This document shows positions 1 through 11,746 of a stretch of DNA of 64,000 nucleotides, one piece after another. Source of the DNA: Candidatus Latescibacterota bacterium (GTDB lineage Bacteria; Latescibacterota; UBA2968). Each line of letters starts with the position of its first letter. Positions within the stretch are counted from its first letter, which is position 1. The notes below the pieces were generated by a model that saw nothing but the letters and a program-made list of their open reading frames with translations, made no database searches and was not told the DNA's origin. The stretch covers positions 1,152,001 to 1,216,000 of the forward strand of contig OZ242010.1 of the NCBI GenBank assembly GCA_965204745.1. Reading direction: 5' to 3'. Position numbers and translations under genes: made by a program.

Positions 1-800
1 TTTCTGACGCCAATCCATGTTAGCTGACCACTCGGGGGAGCCTCTTTATCTTGAAGCCGGTCTGTATCCCATGTTTCAACTTCGCCACCTAAATACGTGA
101 CTATTTGCTCGTAAGCACCTTCATAAAAACTCTCTGACGTACCGCGCTTATTTTCCGTATCGGCGAGACCGCCGTTCCAAGTGATGCCCAATTTATCATC
201 TCGGGGAAGGCCCTCGGCTATGACCGAAACGTGAACGCGGTACCGATTGCCCTGAAATCGAAAACGTTTCTCAACCGGACCGCGAGGACCTTGAGTGCGA
301 AACACGATTAAGTCTTGCGTATCACCTGAAATTTCAAGCCGATATCGATCAGGGACAAATTCGAGATCATCAAGGGAGGTACCTGCAATCGCAACACCGA
401 GTCCTTTGCCACTGGGGGCGATCAATTCGAGCCAATTGCCGTTGCGATCAAAATAGGTCTTGAGTTGCCAACTGGTAATTACGCCACCACGAGTGGAGAT
501 GGTAGCACGATAAAGATCGGCATCTATAACAACATCCCGTTCTTGAAAGTTTGTTGACGAAACTGAACTTGCGGTGTCATTGACCGGCTGTTGGGTTTTG
601 GATTGTGGTAGGAATTTTGGTTCGGGAGGTGTATCGACAGTTTGGGGGGCTTCTGTCTGGCGAGGAGTAGATTCTTCTACGGGAAGAGGGCGATCACCAG
701 CGGGTTGCGGTCTGTCACCTTGGACAAGTTGCATATAGTACGGCATTAGGATCAGGATCAGGCCGATCAACGCAAAGGCAAGTACCGTGCGTCTATCCAT
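1..800 (-). CDS. yidC: Membrane protein insertase YidC, 5' part (runs off the window)
   Basis: ATG at 800 reads MDRRTVLAFALIGLILILMPYYMQ (N-terminal TM) then a Pro-rich linker. Canonical position downstream of rpmH-rnpA. Confidence 0.85.
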   Translation of the reverse strand, partial: MDRRTVLAFALIGLILILMPYYMQLVQGDRPQPAGDRPLPVEESTPRQTEAPQTVDTPPEPKFLPQSKTQQPVNDTASSVSSTNFQERDVVIDADLYRATISTRGGVITSWQLKTYFDRNGNWLELIAPSGKGLGVAIAGTSLDDLEFVPDRYRLEISGDTQDLIVFRTQGPRGPVEKRFRFQGNRYRVHVSVIAEGLPRDDKLGITWNGGLADTENKRGTSESFYEGAYEQIVTYLGGEVETWDTDRLQDKEAPPSGQLTWIGVR

Positions 801-863
801 AGATTACGTCCTTCTATATTTTTATAATAATTGAAGAGAGGGGAAGGGATTGCAAAAAGGGGA

Positions 864-1193
864 TCAAGGGTTGATGAGACCGAGATTTTGAAATGCTCGG
901 TGCAGTTCGAGACGGAGTTGGGCATAAGAGACACCGCAAGCATGATCTCCTATGGAGATAAGTAACAGATGGTGAGGATGTCCCAGAGGTATCAGTTGGG
1001 AACATATTGCACGTACCTGCCGGCGGATACGGTTGCGCCGAACTGCGTTGCCAAATTTCTTCCGAATTGAAATGAGCGTTAGATCCAAGTCGGATGTGCC
1101 TATCCGAACATGAACCCAACGCCCACGAAAGATCTGACCGTGCTGTCGAATTTTCGCAATCTCGCCTCGGATGTGCCGGTTGGGAGCTCCCAT
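864..1193 (-). CDS. rnpA: Ribonuclease P protein component
   Basis: ISIRKKFGNAVRRNRIRR contains the RNR motif; lies between rpmH and yidC. Confidence 0.93.
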   Translation of the reverse strand: MGAPNRHIRGEIAKIRQHGQIFRGRWVHVRIGTSDLDLTLISIRKKFGNAVRRNRIRRQVRAICSQLIPLGHPHHLLLISIGDHACGVSYAQLRLELHRAFQNLGLINP

Positions 1194-1208
1194 AAAAACA
1201 CCTACATA

Positions 1209-1343
1209 TCAGTGCGACAGGTGCTTGCGACCCTTTCGACGCCGGCGGTTCAGCACATGGCGACCACCGGGAGAGCTCATACGAGCGCGAAAACCATGTT
1301 TGTTTTTGCGCTTGCGATTGTGTGGTTGAAATGTGCGTTTCAT
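1209..1343 (-). CDS. rpmH: 50S ribosomal protein L34 (below the ORF-track length cutoff)
   Basis: Manual translation [44 protein letters not shown]; GAGGT RBS; divergent from dnaA. Confidence 0.98.
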   Translation of the reverse strand: MKRTFQPHNRKRKNKHGFRARMSSPGGRHVLNRRRRKGRKHLSH

Positions 1344-1398
1344 CAAAACACCTCGTATCTGTAAAAATTTCAATTATCTATATCGGCAAAGACTTTGG

Positions 1399-1427
1399 AA
1401 TATAGAGGAGCGTATCTCCTTTGTCAA
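1399..1427 (-). promoter_or_regulatory. Sigma70-like promoter of rpmH
   Basis: Minus strand TTGACA-17 nt-TATATT. Confidence 0.7.
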
Positions 1428-1465
1428 GCGATTTCACTTTAAGGGCGTTTGAGATGAATACACCA

Positions 1466-1504
1466 CAATATAAAGTGTACATTTTTTTTGTACACTTTAT
1501 ATTG
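1466..1504. repeat. Perfect 16-bp inverted repeat with T7 spacer
   Basis: CAATATAAAGTGTACA-TTTTTTT-TGTACACTTTATATTG. Confidence 0.9.
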
Positions 1505-1568
1505 ATTATATGATACTATTTTATTATTTTTCAAATACTTATCTTCAATTTTTTTGATCAAAACCCGC

Positions 1569-1597
1569 TTGACATCCATTATTTCCTTAATTAGCTT
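1569..1597 (+). promoter_or_regulatory. Sigma70-like promoter of dnaA
   Basis: TTGACA-17 nt-TAGCTT. Confidence 0.6.
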
Positions 1598-1860
1598 TCA
1601 AGCACTTCAACTTCTGAAGTACATTCCCCCGCGGTTGTCTGTGGTTAAGAATAACCGGACTGTTTCGATTTCAAAGTTTCAGAGTACTTTCAATTCTCTT
1701 CCCACGATTGAAAGTCATCTCCCACCCTACTGAAACGAAATCGACCTCCCTAATGTTCGGATTTCTCAGACAACAATTTCCAAATGCTTAAAACAACTAC
1801 TTACTATTCCCCATCGTTGGCCTGTGTTTGCCAGCATTGGCACAGACGGATCTTTGTCTT

Positions 1861-3243
1861 ATGGATGAACGCTCTTCTGGCTCATGGAGTCAGTGTCTCC
1901 ACGCCATCCAACAGAAAATACAAGGTCAGAGCTTTGAAACTTGGTTTGCTCCCATTACGGTGCGCCAGTTTACCCCTGAAGAAGCCGTTTTGGGGGTGCC
2001 CGATAGTTTTTTTGCCGATTGGCTTGAAGAAAATTACATCGGGTTGATCAAAGCGACCATTCATGAAGTTTTCACCTGGAATCCACGCATTACGTTTGCC
2101 ATTGATGCGACTCCTCCTGTGAAACCCGCACCCTCGTTCATAAACGAGGTATCATCCCATTCTGCATCTGATACGCCACCTACTCGTGCTTTTTCCTCTG
2201 AACTCGAACCCGTTCAACCAGTATTTCCGCTCAATCCGCGCTACCGCTTTGACAATTTTGTTATCGGTGAAAGCAATGAGGTGTCGTTCTCTGCAGCAAT
2301 GGCTACAGCAGAGTCGCCAGGACAAACAGCTTTTAACCCTCTTGTACTTTATGGTGGTGTTGGTCTGGGAAAAACTCATCTGTTGCAGGCCATCGGTGCA
2401 TATTGTATCGAAATGGGGACAGCGCAACGAGTGGTTTACGTTACCGCAGAGAAATTTCTCACTGATTATTTAGAAGGGATCAATCGCGGGACAACCGCTA
2501 ATTTCTATCAAACCTATCGCCAAGCGGATGTGTTGCTGGTTGATGATATTCAGTTTTATGTGAAAACCGAAGGTTGCCAAAGAGAATTTATCCATACATT
2601 CAACGCGCTATATCAAGCCGATAAACAGATTATCATTAGTTCAGATCGCCCGCCATCCCACCTCAAGGGATTTGAAGATCGATTGATTTCTCGATTTCAA
2701 TGGGGTTTGGTTACAAATATTGAAGCCCCTGACGTTTCCACACGTATGGAAATTTTAATGCAAAAAGCAGAAGAAATGGGTATTTCACTGTTCCAAGAAA
2801 TTGCCAGTTTTTTGGCTGAACAGATCAATACCAATATCCGAGAACTTGAAGGCGCGCTAAAACGCCTCGTGGCCTTTACCAAATTACAAGGCTATCCACT
2901 CACCATTGAGACAGTGCGAAAGACGCTGTTGAGTCCGCCTCAAAGGACCAAACCGACTATCAGTATTGAAAGTATCCAAAAAGCAACAGCCAACTTTTTT
3001 GAGATACCTTTAGAGAAACTGGTTGGTGCAACGCGAAAGCAAGATGTGGCAACGGCCCGTCATGTGAGCATGTATTTGAGCAAATCCCTTACAGGAGCAC
3101 CCCTCAAGACAATCGGTTTGCAATTTGGAAATCGCGATCACAGCACAGTCATTCACTCCTGTCGGAAAGTAGAAAGCAAAATATCAACAGATCCGGCGTT
3201 TGAACATCTCGTCAGTCAACTACAAGATCATATCGTAGGTTAG
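1861..3243 (+). CDS. dnaA: Chromosomal replication initiator DnaA
   Basis: FETWF domain I, NPLVLYGGVGLGKTHLL Walker A, LLVDDIQF Walker B, RDHSTVIHS domain IV. Start placed at ATG 1861. Confidence 0.98.
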   Translation: MDERSSGSWSQCLHAIQQKIQGQSFETWFAPITVRQFTPEEAVLGVPDSFFADWLEENYIGLIKATIHEVFTWNPRITFAIDATPPVKPAPSFINEVSSHSASDTPPTRAFSSELEPVQPVFPLNPRYRFDNFVIGESNEVSFSAAMATAESPGQTAFNPLVLYGGVGLGKTHLLQAIGAYCIEMGTAQRVVYVTAEKFLTDYLEGINRGTTANFYQTYRQADVLLVDDIQFYVKTEGCQREFIHTFNALYQADKQIIISSDRPPSHLKGFEDRLISRFQWGLVTNIEAPDVSTRMEILMQKAEEMGISLFQEIASFLAEQINTNIRELEGALKRLVAFTKLQGYPLTIETVRKTLLSPPQRTKPTISIESIQKATANFFEIPLEKLVGATRKQDVATARHVSMYLSKSLTGAPLKTIGLQFGNRDHSTVIHSCRKVESKISTDPAFEHLVSQLQDHIVG

Positions 3244-3341
3244 TGCAAAACTCTATGTAGAAACTTATGCGTCGTGTCGATCTATGAGATGCGTTAAATG
3301 ATTTGCTAGATCAATCATCCTGTTCAAGTACTGAAGTATAT

Positions 3342-3380
3342 AACCCCAAGCTTCTATGGAAGTTTGGGGATTTCTTTTTC
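3342..3380 (+). terminator. Intrinsic terminator after dnaA
   Basis: CCCCAAGCTTC-TATG-GAAGTTTGGGG followed by ATTTCTTTTT. Confidence 0.7.
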
Positions 3381-3399
3381 CCAATAAAACGATCTCCCG

Positions 3400-3790
3400 G
3401 TAGAGGTTGTTCACATTACATCTACATTTTATTTTAAGTTGTGACTCATATAGTTTTGGAGTAATAATGATAACAGTGTGGATTCTGTGGAAAATGGATT
3501 TATTCGCTCAATCAAAGGCAAAAAATAGAGAGAAAGAAGCCATCTGTCAATCTGACATTGTGTATTTTTGTGTGTAGAAAATGTGAAAAACAGTGTGGTT
3601 TTCCACATTTAGAGATGTGGATTTGTTTTTTACACATAGAATCCACAATATATCAAGATTATTTTTCACATACAAAAACCTGTGCACAACTCTGTGCACA
3701 AACCTTATTTGTCCTTAAAAATCAATAAGTTTCTATTTTCGTGTTTAATTGGTCCAAGTCGAGTTATCCACATCGGGTAGATTTGTTGTT
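3400..3790. other. oriC: DnaA-box cluster with AT-rich unwinding element
   Basis: Within an 870-bp AT-rich dnaA-dnaN gap. Perfect TTATCCACA at 3764-3772; many degenerate boxes (3477-3485, 3486-3494, 3599-3607 and others); DnaA-trio-like run at 3461-3472. Confidence 0.88.
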
Positions 3791-3973
3791 GATTGAAAAT
3801 TAGAACTGCTCTCGCATTAGCAAACCAACGATGATCTAATGGCTTGACCGACGATTTGAGACCTGATGGATGCCCTATCCTTATGATTACAGGCCAACCA
3901 ATTCACGTCATTTTCTATCGAAATAGACTGTCTGGAGACCAAATAGAGAAGGTTTTAGAAGACAAAAAGTAGG

Positions 3974-4002
3974 TTGACAAAATCGTTAAAATTCAGTAAA
4001 TT
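3974..4002 (+). promoter_or_regulatory. Sigma70-like promoter of the dnaN operon
   Basis: TTGACA-17 nt-TAAATT. Confidence 0.65.
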
Positions 4003-4116
4003 GCGGTGTTGTAATTGAGCAAAAATCAATCATTTTTAGAAAAAAATGAAGTCCTACGTTCAATGGGATAAAACACCATTCACAAAGGGCTTGACACGCT
4101 CGGGAGAACCACATTT

Positions 4117-5286
4117 ATGAAAGTTTCAATCGAAAAAGAGGAACTCCTCAAAGGTATCCAAGCTGTGATTGATATCGTGCCTTCTAAAACCGCCTTGCCA
4201 GTGTTGTCCAATATCCTGATTGATGCCAGCAATGGTCAAGGTGTGTGTTTGAGTGCTACGGATCTCGATATATCAATCACCTGCAAACTTTCAGCGACCA
4301 TTGAAGATGCTGGGTCAACCACTGTGCCGGCACGCAAGTTCTCAGAAATTGTGCGCGAGTTGCCCGAAGAATCTCTATCCCTCATAGCGGAAGAAGGACG
4401 GGTGATGCTCCAACGCCAAAGTGGTGCCCAAGGAACCTATGCCCTGATGTCGGTGCCAGCCGACGATTTTCCCGAACTGCCTACGGAGATTGACGGTACT
4501 GAAATCGCGTTTGCAGATGGGGAAGAAGACAGGCCCGATAGCAATGCACTCAATGAAATGGTCTTCAAAACGATTTTTGCCGTGTCCCGCGATGAAACCC
4601 GCCCGGTGCTCAATGGGGTACTTTGGCAGGTCGGCGATGGTCGCATGACGATGGTCGCAACGGACGGGCATCGCTTGGTCAAATATTCGCGGATTCAGCA
4701 AGGATTACCCGAAAACAACACAGAAGCCATTGTCCCGCCTCGTGCTTTGAATCATGTGGTCAAGCTCATGAACGGGGGGATAAGCCTTCAAAAAGCACAA
4801 TTTGGGCAAAGCCATGTGTTGTTTGCTTTAGGCGATGAAGACGATGAAGATGCCATTCAGATTTTCTCTCGCGTGATTGAAGGCCCCTATATTGGTTACG
4901 AACAGGTGATTCCTCAAAACAATGGCAAGCGACTTCGGGTTTCGAATAGTCACTTGTTGCCTGCTGTGCGTCGCGTCTCTATCCTTGCCAGTACTCAGAC
5001 ACACCAATTGCGGCTCGCAATCAAAAAGAATGAACTTGAATTGTCGGCTACCAGTCAGGAAATAGGGGGCGAAGCTCGAGAGCATCTCGATGTCGATTAC
5101 GATGCCGAGGAAATGATTATCGGATATAATTCCACCTATCTACAAGAGGTGCTCAGGCGCATTACCTGTGACGAGGTGCTCTTTGAACTCGACAGTGCTG
5201 TTGCCGCAGGTATCATCAGGCCCGGCGAACAACTCGAAGGTGAAGACTATCTTTGCCTGCTTATGCCCCTGCGGCTCAATGAATGA
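4117..5286 (+). CDS. dnaN: DNA polymerase III beta sliding clamp
   Basis: LPVLSNILI, ATDLD, VATDGHRL, C-terminal LLMPLRL; synteny. Confidence 0.98.
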   Translation: MKVSIEKEELLKGIQAVIDIVPSKTALPVLSNILIDASNGQGVCLSATDLDISITCKLSATIEDAGSTTVPARKFSEIVRELPEESLSLIAEEGRVMLQRQSGAQGTYALMSVPADDFPELPTEIDGTEIAFADGEEDRPDSNALNEMVFKTIFAVSRDETRPVLNGVLWQVGDGRMTMVATDGHRLVKYSRIQQGLPENNTEAIVPPRALNHVVKLMNGGISLQKAQFGQSHVLFALGDEDDEDAIQIFSRVIEGPYIGYEQVIPQNNGKRLRVSNSHLLPAVRRVSILASTQTHQLRLAIKKNELELSATSQEIGGEAREHLDVDYDAEEMIIGYNSTYLQEVLRRITCDEVLFELDSAVAAGIIRPGEQLEGEDYLCLLMPLRLNE

Positions 5287-6371
5287 TGTATGTTTCATCA
5301 CTTAAACTCACCAATTTCCGAAACTTCGATCAGGCCGAGTTTGCGTTTGATAAAGCAAAAACGGCGATTTGGGCAGATAATGCCCGCGGCAAATCAAATG
5401 TTTTAGAAGCGTTGTATTTTTTGGCACTGGCGAAATCGGGTCGCGGTGCCAGAGATCGAGATGTGCTCAAGTGGGGTGCGGATTATTTCGTGATTGAAGC
5501 CCATATTGAGCGCGAAGATCATCCCCTTTCCATTCGCATTGCCTACGATCCCCGCGTTGGTAAGAAACAAGCCTTTCTCGCAGAAACTCCTCTCTCCCGC
5601 CTCGCAGATCTCATCGGCGCATTCAACGCTGTTCTGTTCTCTCCTGAAGATGTTGACCTCGTACTACGCGAACCCGCTCAGCGCCGTCGCATTTTAGATA
5701 TTCTCGTTTCGCAATCAAGCGCGTCCTATTTGGCTGATTTAGAAGGGTATCAGCGCGTTTTGGCACAACGCAATCGGTTGTTGAAAGATCGCAGTTCCGC
5801 GTTGCTATCGCATCCAGAACAAGTTGAACCCTGGAATGAACAGTTGGCCGAGTTAGGGGCGCGCATCGTTTCTCGGCGTCTCGAAGCACTCGATGATATT
5901 CAGCCTCTTTTGGCCGAATATTATCAGGCCATTGCCCCCATGTCGGAAAAAATGCAAGCGAGTTATCGCAGTCCCATATCTATGGAAACACGGGACCGGG
6001 GTCGAGATATTCTCTTTGAAGCATTGACGACTCGGTTGCCACAAGAAGTTGAACTGCGATATACGCTTACAGGGCCACATCGCGACAATTTGATTTTCGC
6101 TCTCGACGGCAAGGCCGCACATCAATTCGCGTCTAAAGGGCAACTGAAGACGGTTCTGCTTTCTTGGAAGTTGTCTGAAGCCACTTTTTTGGAGCGACAG
6201 ACCGGGTGGCGTCCCGTGTTGCTGATGGACGATGTGTTTTCAGAACTCGATCCAAAACGCGCACGAGCGGTGTTGAATATGATTCCCGATTTTGGGCAGG
6301 TGGTGGTGACTTCAGCTCGCGATCCGGATTTGGATTTTGAAGCGCACGGGTTTCGGATGTTGGGGTTGTGA
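5283..6371 (+). CDS. recF: DNA replication/repair protein RecF
   Basis: NFRN, NARGKSN P-loop, GPHRDNL, ASKGQ, LLMDDVFSELD. Confidence 0.97.
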   Translation: MMYVSSLKLTNFRNFDQAEFAFDKAKTAIWADNARGKSNVLEALYFLALAKSGRGARDRDVLKWGADYFVIEAHIEREDHPLSIRIAYDPRVGKKQAFLAETPLSRLADLIGAFNAVLFSPEDVDLVLREPAQRRRILDILVSQSSASYLADLEGYQRVLAQRNRLLKDRSSALLSHPEQVEPWNEQLAELGARIVSRRLEALDDIQPLLAEYYQAIAPMSEKMQASYRSPISMETRDRGRDILFEALTTRLPQEVELRYTLTGPHRDNLIFALDGKAAHQFASKGQLKTVLLSWKLSEATFLERQTGWRPVLLMDDVFSELDPKRARAVLNMIPDFGQVVVTSARDPDLDFEAHGFRMLGL

Positions 6372-6445
6372 TGGTTTGCATTCATTCTTTGTCGTTGCGA
6401 TTGACGTCGAGAAAAGCCAGTTTTGCCGGCGAGTGAGAGATTGCT

Positions 6446-6826
6446 ATGGATGCTGAGACGGATAGGCGAAAGAGTGGCGTTTATAGGCATCGGACGAGAG
6501 GTGCGGCATCCGGTCCCATTTCCGTTGGGAATGCCATTCGCCAAGTGGTGGATAGCTTGGGGATGACAGGACGGTTGAGAGAACAAAGGGTGTTGTCGTT
6601 GTGGGAAGAGGTCGTGGGTGAAGAGGTTGCCGCTGTCACCCAAGTTGAGGGTTTTTACTACGGATCGCCTCGAAATCGGCAATACAAAATTCCTCGGGGG
6701 CAATTGGTCGTTTCGGTAAAAAATTCCACATGGCGGCATTGGTTGAGCTTTCAACGAGAGACCATAAGGCAGAATTTGAACCGCGCAGTTGGAGGCGAGG
6801 TCGTCCAAATGATCAGGTTGCGGTAG
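6446..6826 (+). CDS. DciA/DUF721 family protein
   Basis: WEEVVGEEVA...LVVSVKNSTWRHWL pattern; classic recF-DUF721-gyrB position. Confidence 0.85.
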   Translation: MDAETDRRKSGVYRHRTRGAASGPISVGNAIRQVVDSLGMTGRLREQRVLSLWEEVVGEEVAAVTQVEGFYYGSPRNRQYKIPRGQLVVSVKNSTWRHWLSFQRETIRQNLNRAVGGEVVQMIRLR

Positions 6827-6905
6827 CAAAACCAAGACCCGTGCGAAAAATGGTTTAAGTCAGTCGTTCCCCTATCAATCCCCTCAGATCATTTCGTTCA
6901 AATAG

Positions 6906-8849
<1,944 letters not shown>

Positions 8850-8874
8850 TAAATGCAATGGAGAAGATGAGACG

Positions 8875-11388
8875 ATGATGGAACGTTCGCGGGTGATTCC
8901 GGTCGAGATCGGCGATGAGTTGAAGAAGTCGATGCTCGATTATTCGATGAGTACGTTGGTCAATCGCGCCTTGCCAGATGTGCGCGATGGTATGAAGCCA
9001 TCGCAAAGACGCATTTTGGTGGCGATGAATGACCTCGGCTTGGGGGCCAACCGGCAACATCGAAAATGCGCGCATATCGCCGGGCATACCTCGGGCAATT
9101 ATCATCCGCACGGCGAAGATATCGTCTATCCGACGCTGGTGCATTTGGCGCAGGATTTTAAGTTGCGCTATCCGCTCGTGGATGGGCAGGGCAATTTTGG
9201 GTCTATTGACGGCTATCCCCCTGCGGCGATGCGTTATACAGAAGCGCGTATGGCAGGGCCTGGGCAGGAGATGTTGAACGATATCGACAAGGAGACCGTG
9301 GATTACCGGCCCAATTACGACGAGCGGTTGCAAGAACCCGTGTTTTTGCCCTCTGCGTTTCCCAATATGGTTTGCAATGGCGCGGTGGGGATTGCGACGA
9401 CGATGGCGACTGCGATTCCGCCGCACAATTTGCGCGAGGTTGTCGACGCGCTCGTGGCGTTGATCGACAATTCCGAGTTGGATGTTGACGGGCTGATGGC
9501 CTATATCAAGGCACCGGATTTTCCAACCGGCGGCATTATCTACGGTTTGAGTGGTGTTTTGGACGCCTATCGCACCGGGCGCGGGCATCTGCGGATTCGC
9601 GCAAAAGCCGCTGTCGAAGAAGACAAAGGCGGGCGGGAGACCATTATCATCACCGAAATTCCCTATATGGTGAACAAGACCACGATGTTGGAGAAGATGG
9701 CGGATATGGTGCGCGAAAAGCGCATTGAGGGGATTTCGAATATCCAGGACGAATCTGACCGCGATGGGCTACGCATTGTGGTGGAACTCAAGCGCGATGC
9801 CGTGGGCGATGTGGTTTTGAATCAACTGTACAAAAACACGCAGTTGGAATCGACTTTTGCGGCCAATATGGTCGCGCTGGTCAATGGCCGGCCGCAGCAG
9901 GTGAACCTGAAGCAGATGTTGCGGTGTTATGTGGATCATCGCCACGAGGTGGTGAAGCGGCGCACGGAATACGAACTTCGGGTGGCTGAAGACCGCGCCC
10001 ATATCTTGGCGGGGTTGAAGGTCGCGCTGGACAATATCGCCGAGGTGGTCCTGATTATCCGAGGGTCGCGCGATCCCAATAACGCGCGTCGCCTGTTGCG
10101 GACGCAACTCGATTTGTCTGACCGCCAAGCACGAGCCATTTTGGCGATGACGTTGCAGCGGTTGACCAACCTGGAGCAACAAAAGATAGAAGACGAGTAT
10201 GCCGCGCTGATGAAAGAGATCGACCGGTTGCGCGGGATTTTGGACAGCCGCGAATGGCGGATGAAGATCGTCAAGGAAGAACTGGGCGTGATGCGCGAAA
10301 AGTACGGCGATGACCGGCGATCCGAAACCGTGATGTCCGCCCATGAGTTCAATATTGAGGATTTGATCGCCGAAGAAGATATGGTGATTACGATTTCGCA
10401 CAGCGGGTATATCAAGCGCATGCCGGTTTCGACCTATCGGGCGCAAAACCGGGGTGGCCGCGGAATTACGGGGATGCGAACAAAGGATGAAGATTTTGTC
10501 GAAAGTTTGTTCGTGGCTTCCACGCACAGTTATGTCCTCGTGTTGACAGATCGGGGGCATTGCGTGTGGTTAAAGGTGCATGAGATTCCGCAAGGCACGC
10601 GGCAGGCGCGCGGTCGGCCCATCGTCAATGTGGTGGAGATTCCCGAAGGGCACAAGGTGGCCGAGGTGGTGCCGGTGCGCGAGTTTGACGAAGATCACTA
10701 TTTGTTGTCCGCAACCCAAAAGGGTCAGGTTAAAAAGACCGCCCTGTCGGCTTATGGTCGCCCGCGCAAGGGGGGCATTATTGCGATGAATGTGCAGGAA
10801 GACGATCAGTTGATCAAGGCCGCGATTACATCGGGTAATGACGAAGTGATCATCGCCACAAAGCGCGGACAGGCCGTGCGCTTTGAAGAGAACAAGGTGC
10901 GGGCGATGGGGCGCAACTCGCGGGGTGTGCGCGGGGTGTCTCTGCAAGGAGATGATGTGGTTGTGGGGATGGTGGTGGTTCAGGCCGAGGAGGTTTTGTT
11001 GACGGTGTGCGCCCATGGGTATGGCAAGCGCACGCCGGTTTCGGATTATCGCCTGACGAACCGAGGCGGCAAAGGCGTGATCAATATCAAGACCACGGAC
11101 CGCAATGGCCCCGTGGTTTCGGTGATGTGTGTGAAGGCCGATGACGATGTGGTGATCGTGACGCAGAACGGCATCTTGATCCGGCAGGAGGTCAAGGGCG
11201 TGAGCGTGATCGGACGCAATACCCAAGGCGTGCGTTTGATCAATTTGGATGAGGGCGATCAGGTGATCGGCGTTGCACTGGTGGTCAACCAAGATGAAGA
11301 GGAAAAGGATCAAGCGGACGATGAAACAGCGATAGATGAACGCACACCCTCAACAGTAAGTGGCAATGGACGTCATGACTTGGCGTAG
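8875..11388 (+). CDS. gyrA: DNA gyrase subunit A
   Basis: RALPDVRDG, YHPHG, AAMRYTE catalytic Tyr, GyrA-box QNRGGRG, beta-pinwheel repeats. Start placed at ATG 8875 or 8878. Confidence 0.98.
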   Translation: MMERSRVIPVEIGDELKKSMLDYSMSTLVNRALPDVRDGMKPSQRRILVAMNDLGLGANRQHRKCAHIAGHTSGNYHPHGEDIVYPTLVHLAQDFKLRYPLVDGQGNFGSIDGYPPAAMRYTEARMAGPGQEMLNDIDKETVDYRPNYDERLQEPVFLPSAFPNMVCNGAVGIATTMATAIPPHNLREVVDALVALIDNSELDVDGLMAYIKAPDFPTGGIIYGLSGVLDAYRTGRGHLRIRAKAAVEEDKGGRETIIITEIPYMVNKTTMLEKMADMVREKRIEGISNIQDESDRDGLRIVVELKRDAVGDVVLNQLYKNTQLESTFAANMVALVNGRPQQVNLKQMLRCYVDHRHEVVKRRTEYELRVAEDRAHILAGLKVALDNIAEVVLIIRGSRDPNNARRLLRTQLDLSDRQARAILAMTLQRLTNLEQQKIEDEYAALMKEIDRLRGILDSREWRMKIVKEELGVMREKYGDDRRSETVMSAHEFNIEDLIAEEDMVITISHSGYIKRMPVSTYRAQNRGGRGITGMRTKDEDFVESLFVASTHSYVLVLTDRGHCVWLKVHEIPQGTRQARGRPIVNVVEIPEGHKVAEVVPVREFDEDHYLLSATQKGQVKKTALSAYGRPRKGGIIAMNVQEDDQLIKAAITSGNDEVIIATKRGQAVRFEENKVRAMGRNSRGVRGVSLQGDDVVVGMVVVQAEEVLLTVCAHGYGKRTPVSDYRLTNRGGKGVINIKTTDRNGPVVSVMCVKADDDVVIVTQNGILIRQEVKGVSVIGRNTQGVRLINLDEGDQVIGVALVVNQDEEEKDQADDETAIDERTPSTVSGNGRHDLA

Positions 11389-11569
11389 GTTTTTAAGCTC
11401 AAATTGTCAGTTGATTGAGAAGCGTTTTCAAGAACAAACTACCGGCGGTGCGATTCTCGCCGAATATATTCCCGCATTTGAGGAGATGCCACAGAACATT
11501 GCCGAAGATAGAATCTCTTCGGCAATGTATTTGCAACTTAATCCGTTTGGTCTTTCTTAGGAGGAGAAC

Positions 11570-11650
11570 ATGGCGAAGGAGAAGTTTGAATGGGACAAAT
11601 CCCATGTCAATATCAGCATCCTCAAGGGGGTTGCCAATCGCATGAAGTGA
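11570..11650 (+). pseudogene. Degenerate 5' stub of an EF-Tu gene (26 codons)
   Basis: AGGAGG RBS then MAKEKFEWDKSHVNISILKGVANRMK*, versus EF-Tu consensus MAKEKFERxKPHVNIGTIGH. Confidence 0.7.
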
Positions 11651-11746
11651 ATCCCCAGATGTAGAAAATGTCGATGAACTTGCAATATCCATCCCGTTAT
11701 TACGAATGAACTGCTAGCGCAGTTGCACACCACTTGGAGGCGTCCC

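Noticed and set aside
801-863. yidD between rnpA and yidC
   Set aside because: The gap is only 63 bp; yidD is absent here, which is common.
11360-11560. 66-aa ORF after gyrA
   Set aside because: It overlaps the gyrA end and shows no recognisable family; possibly a fragment.
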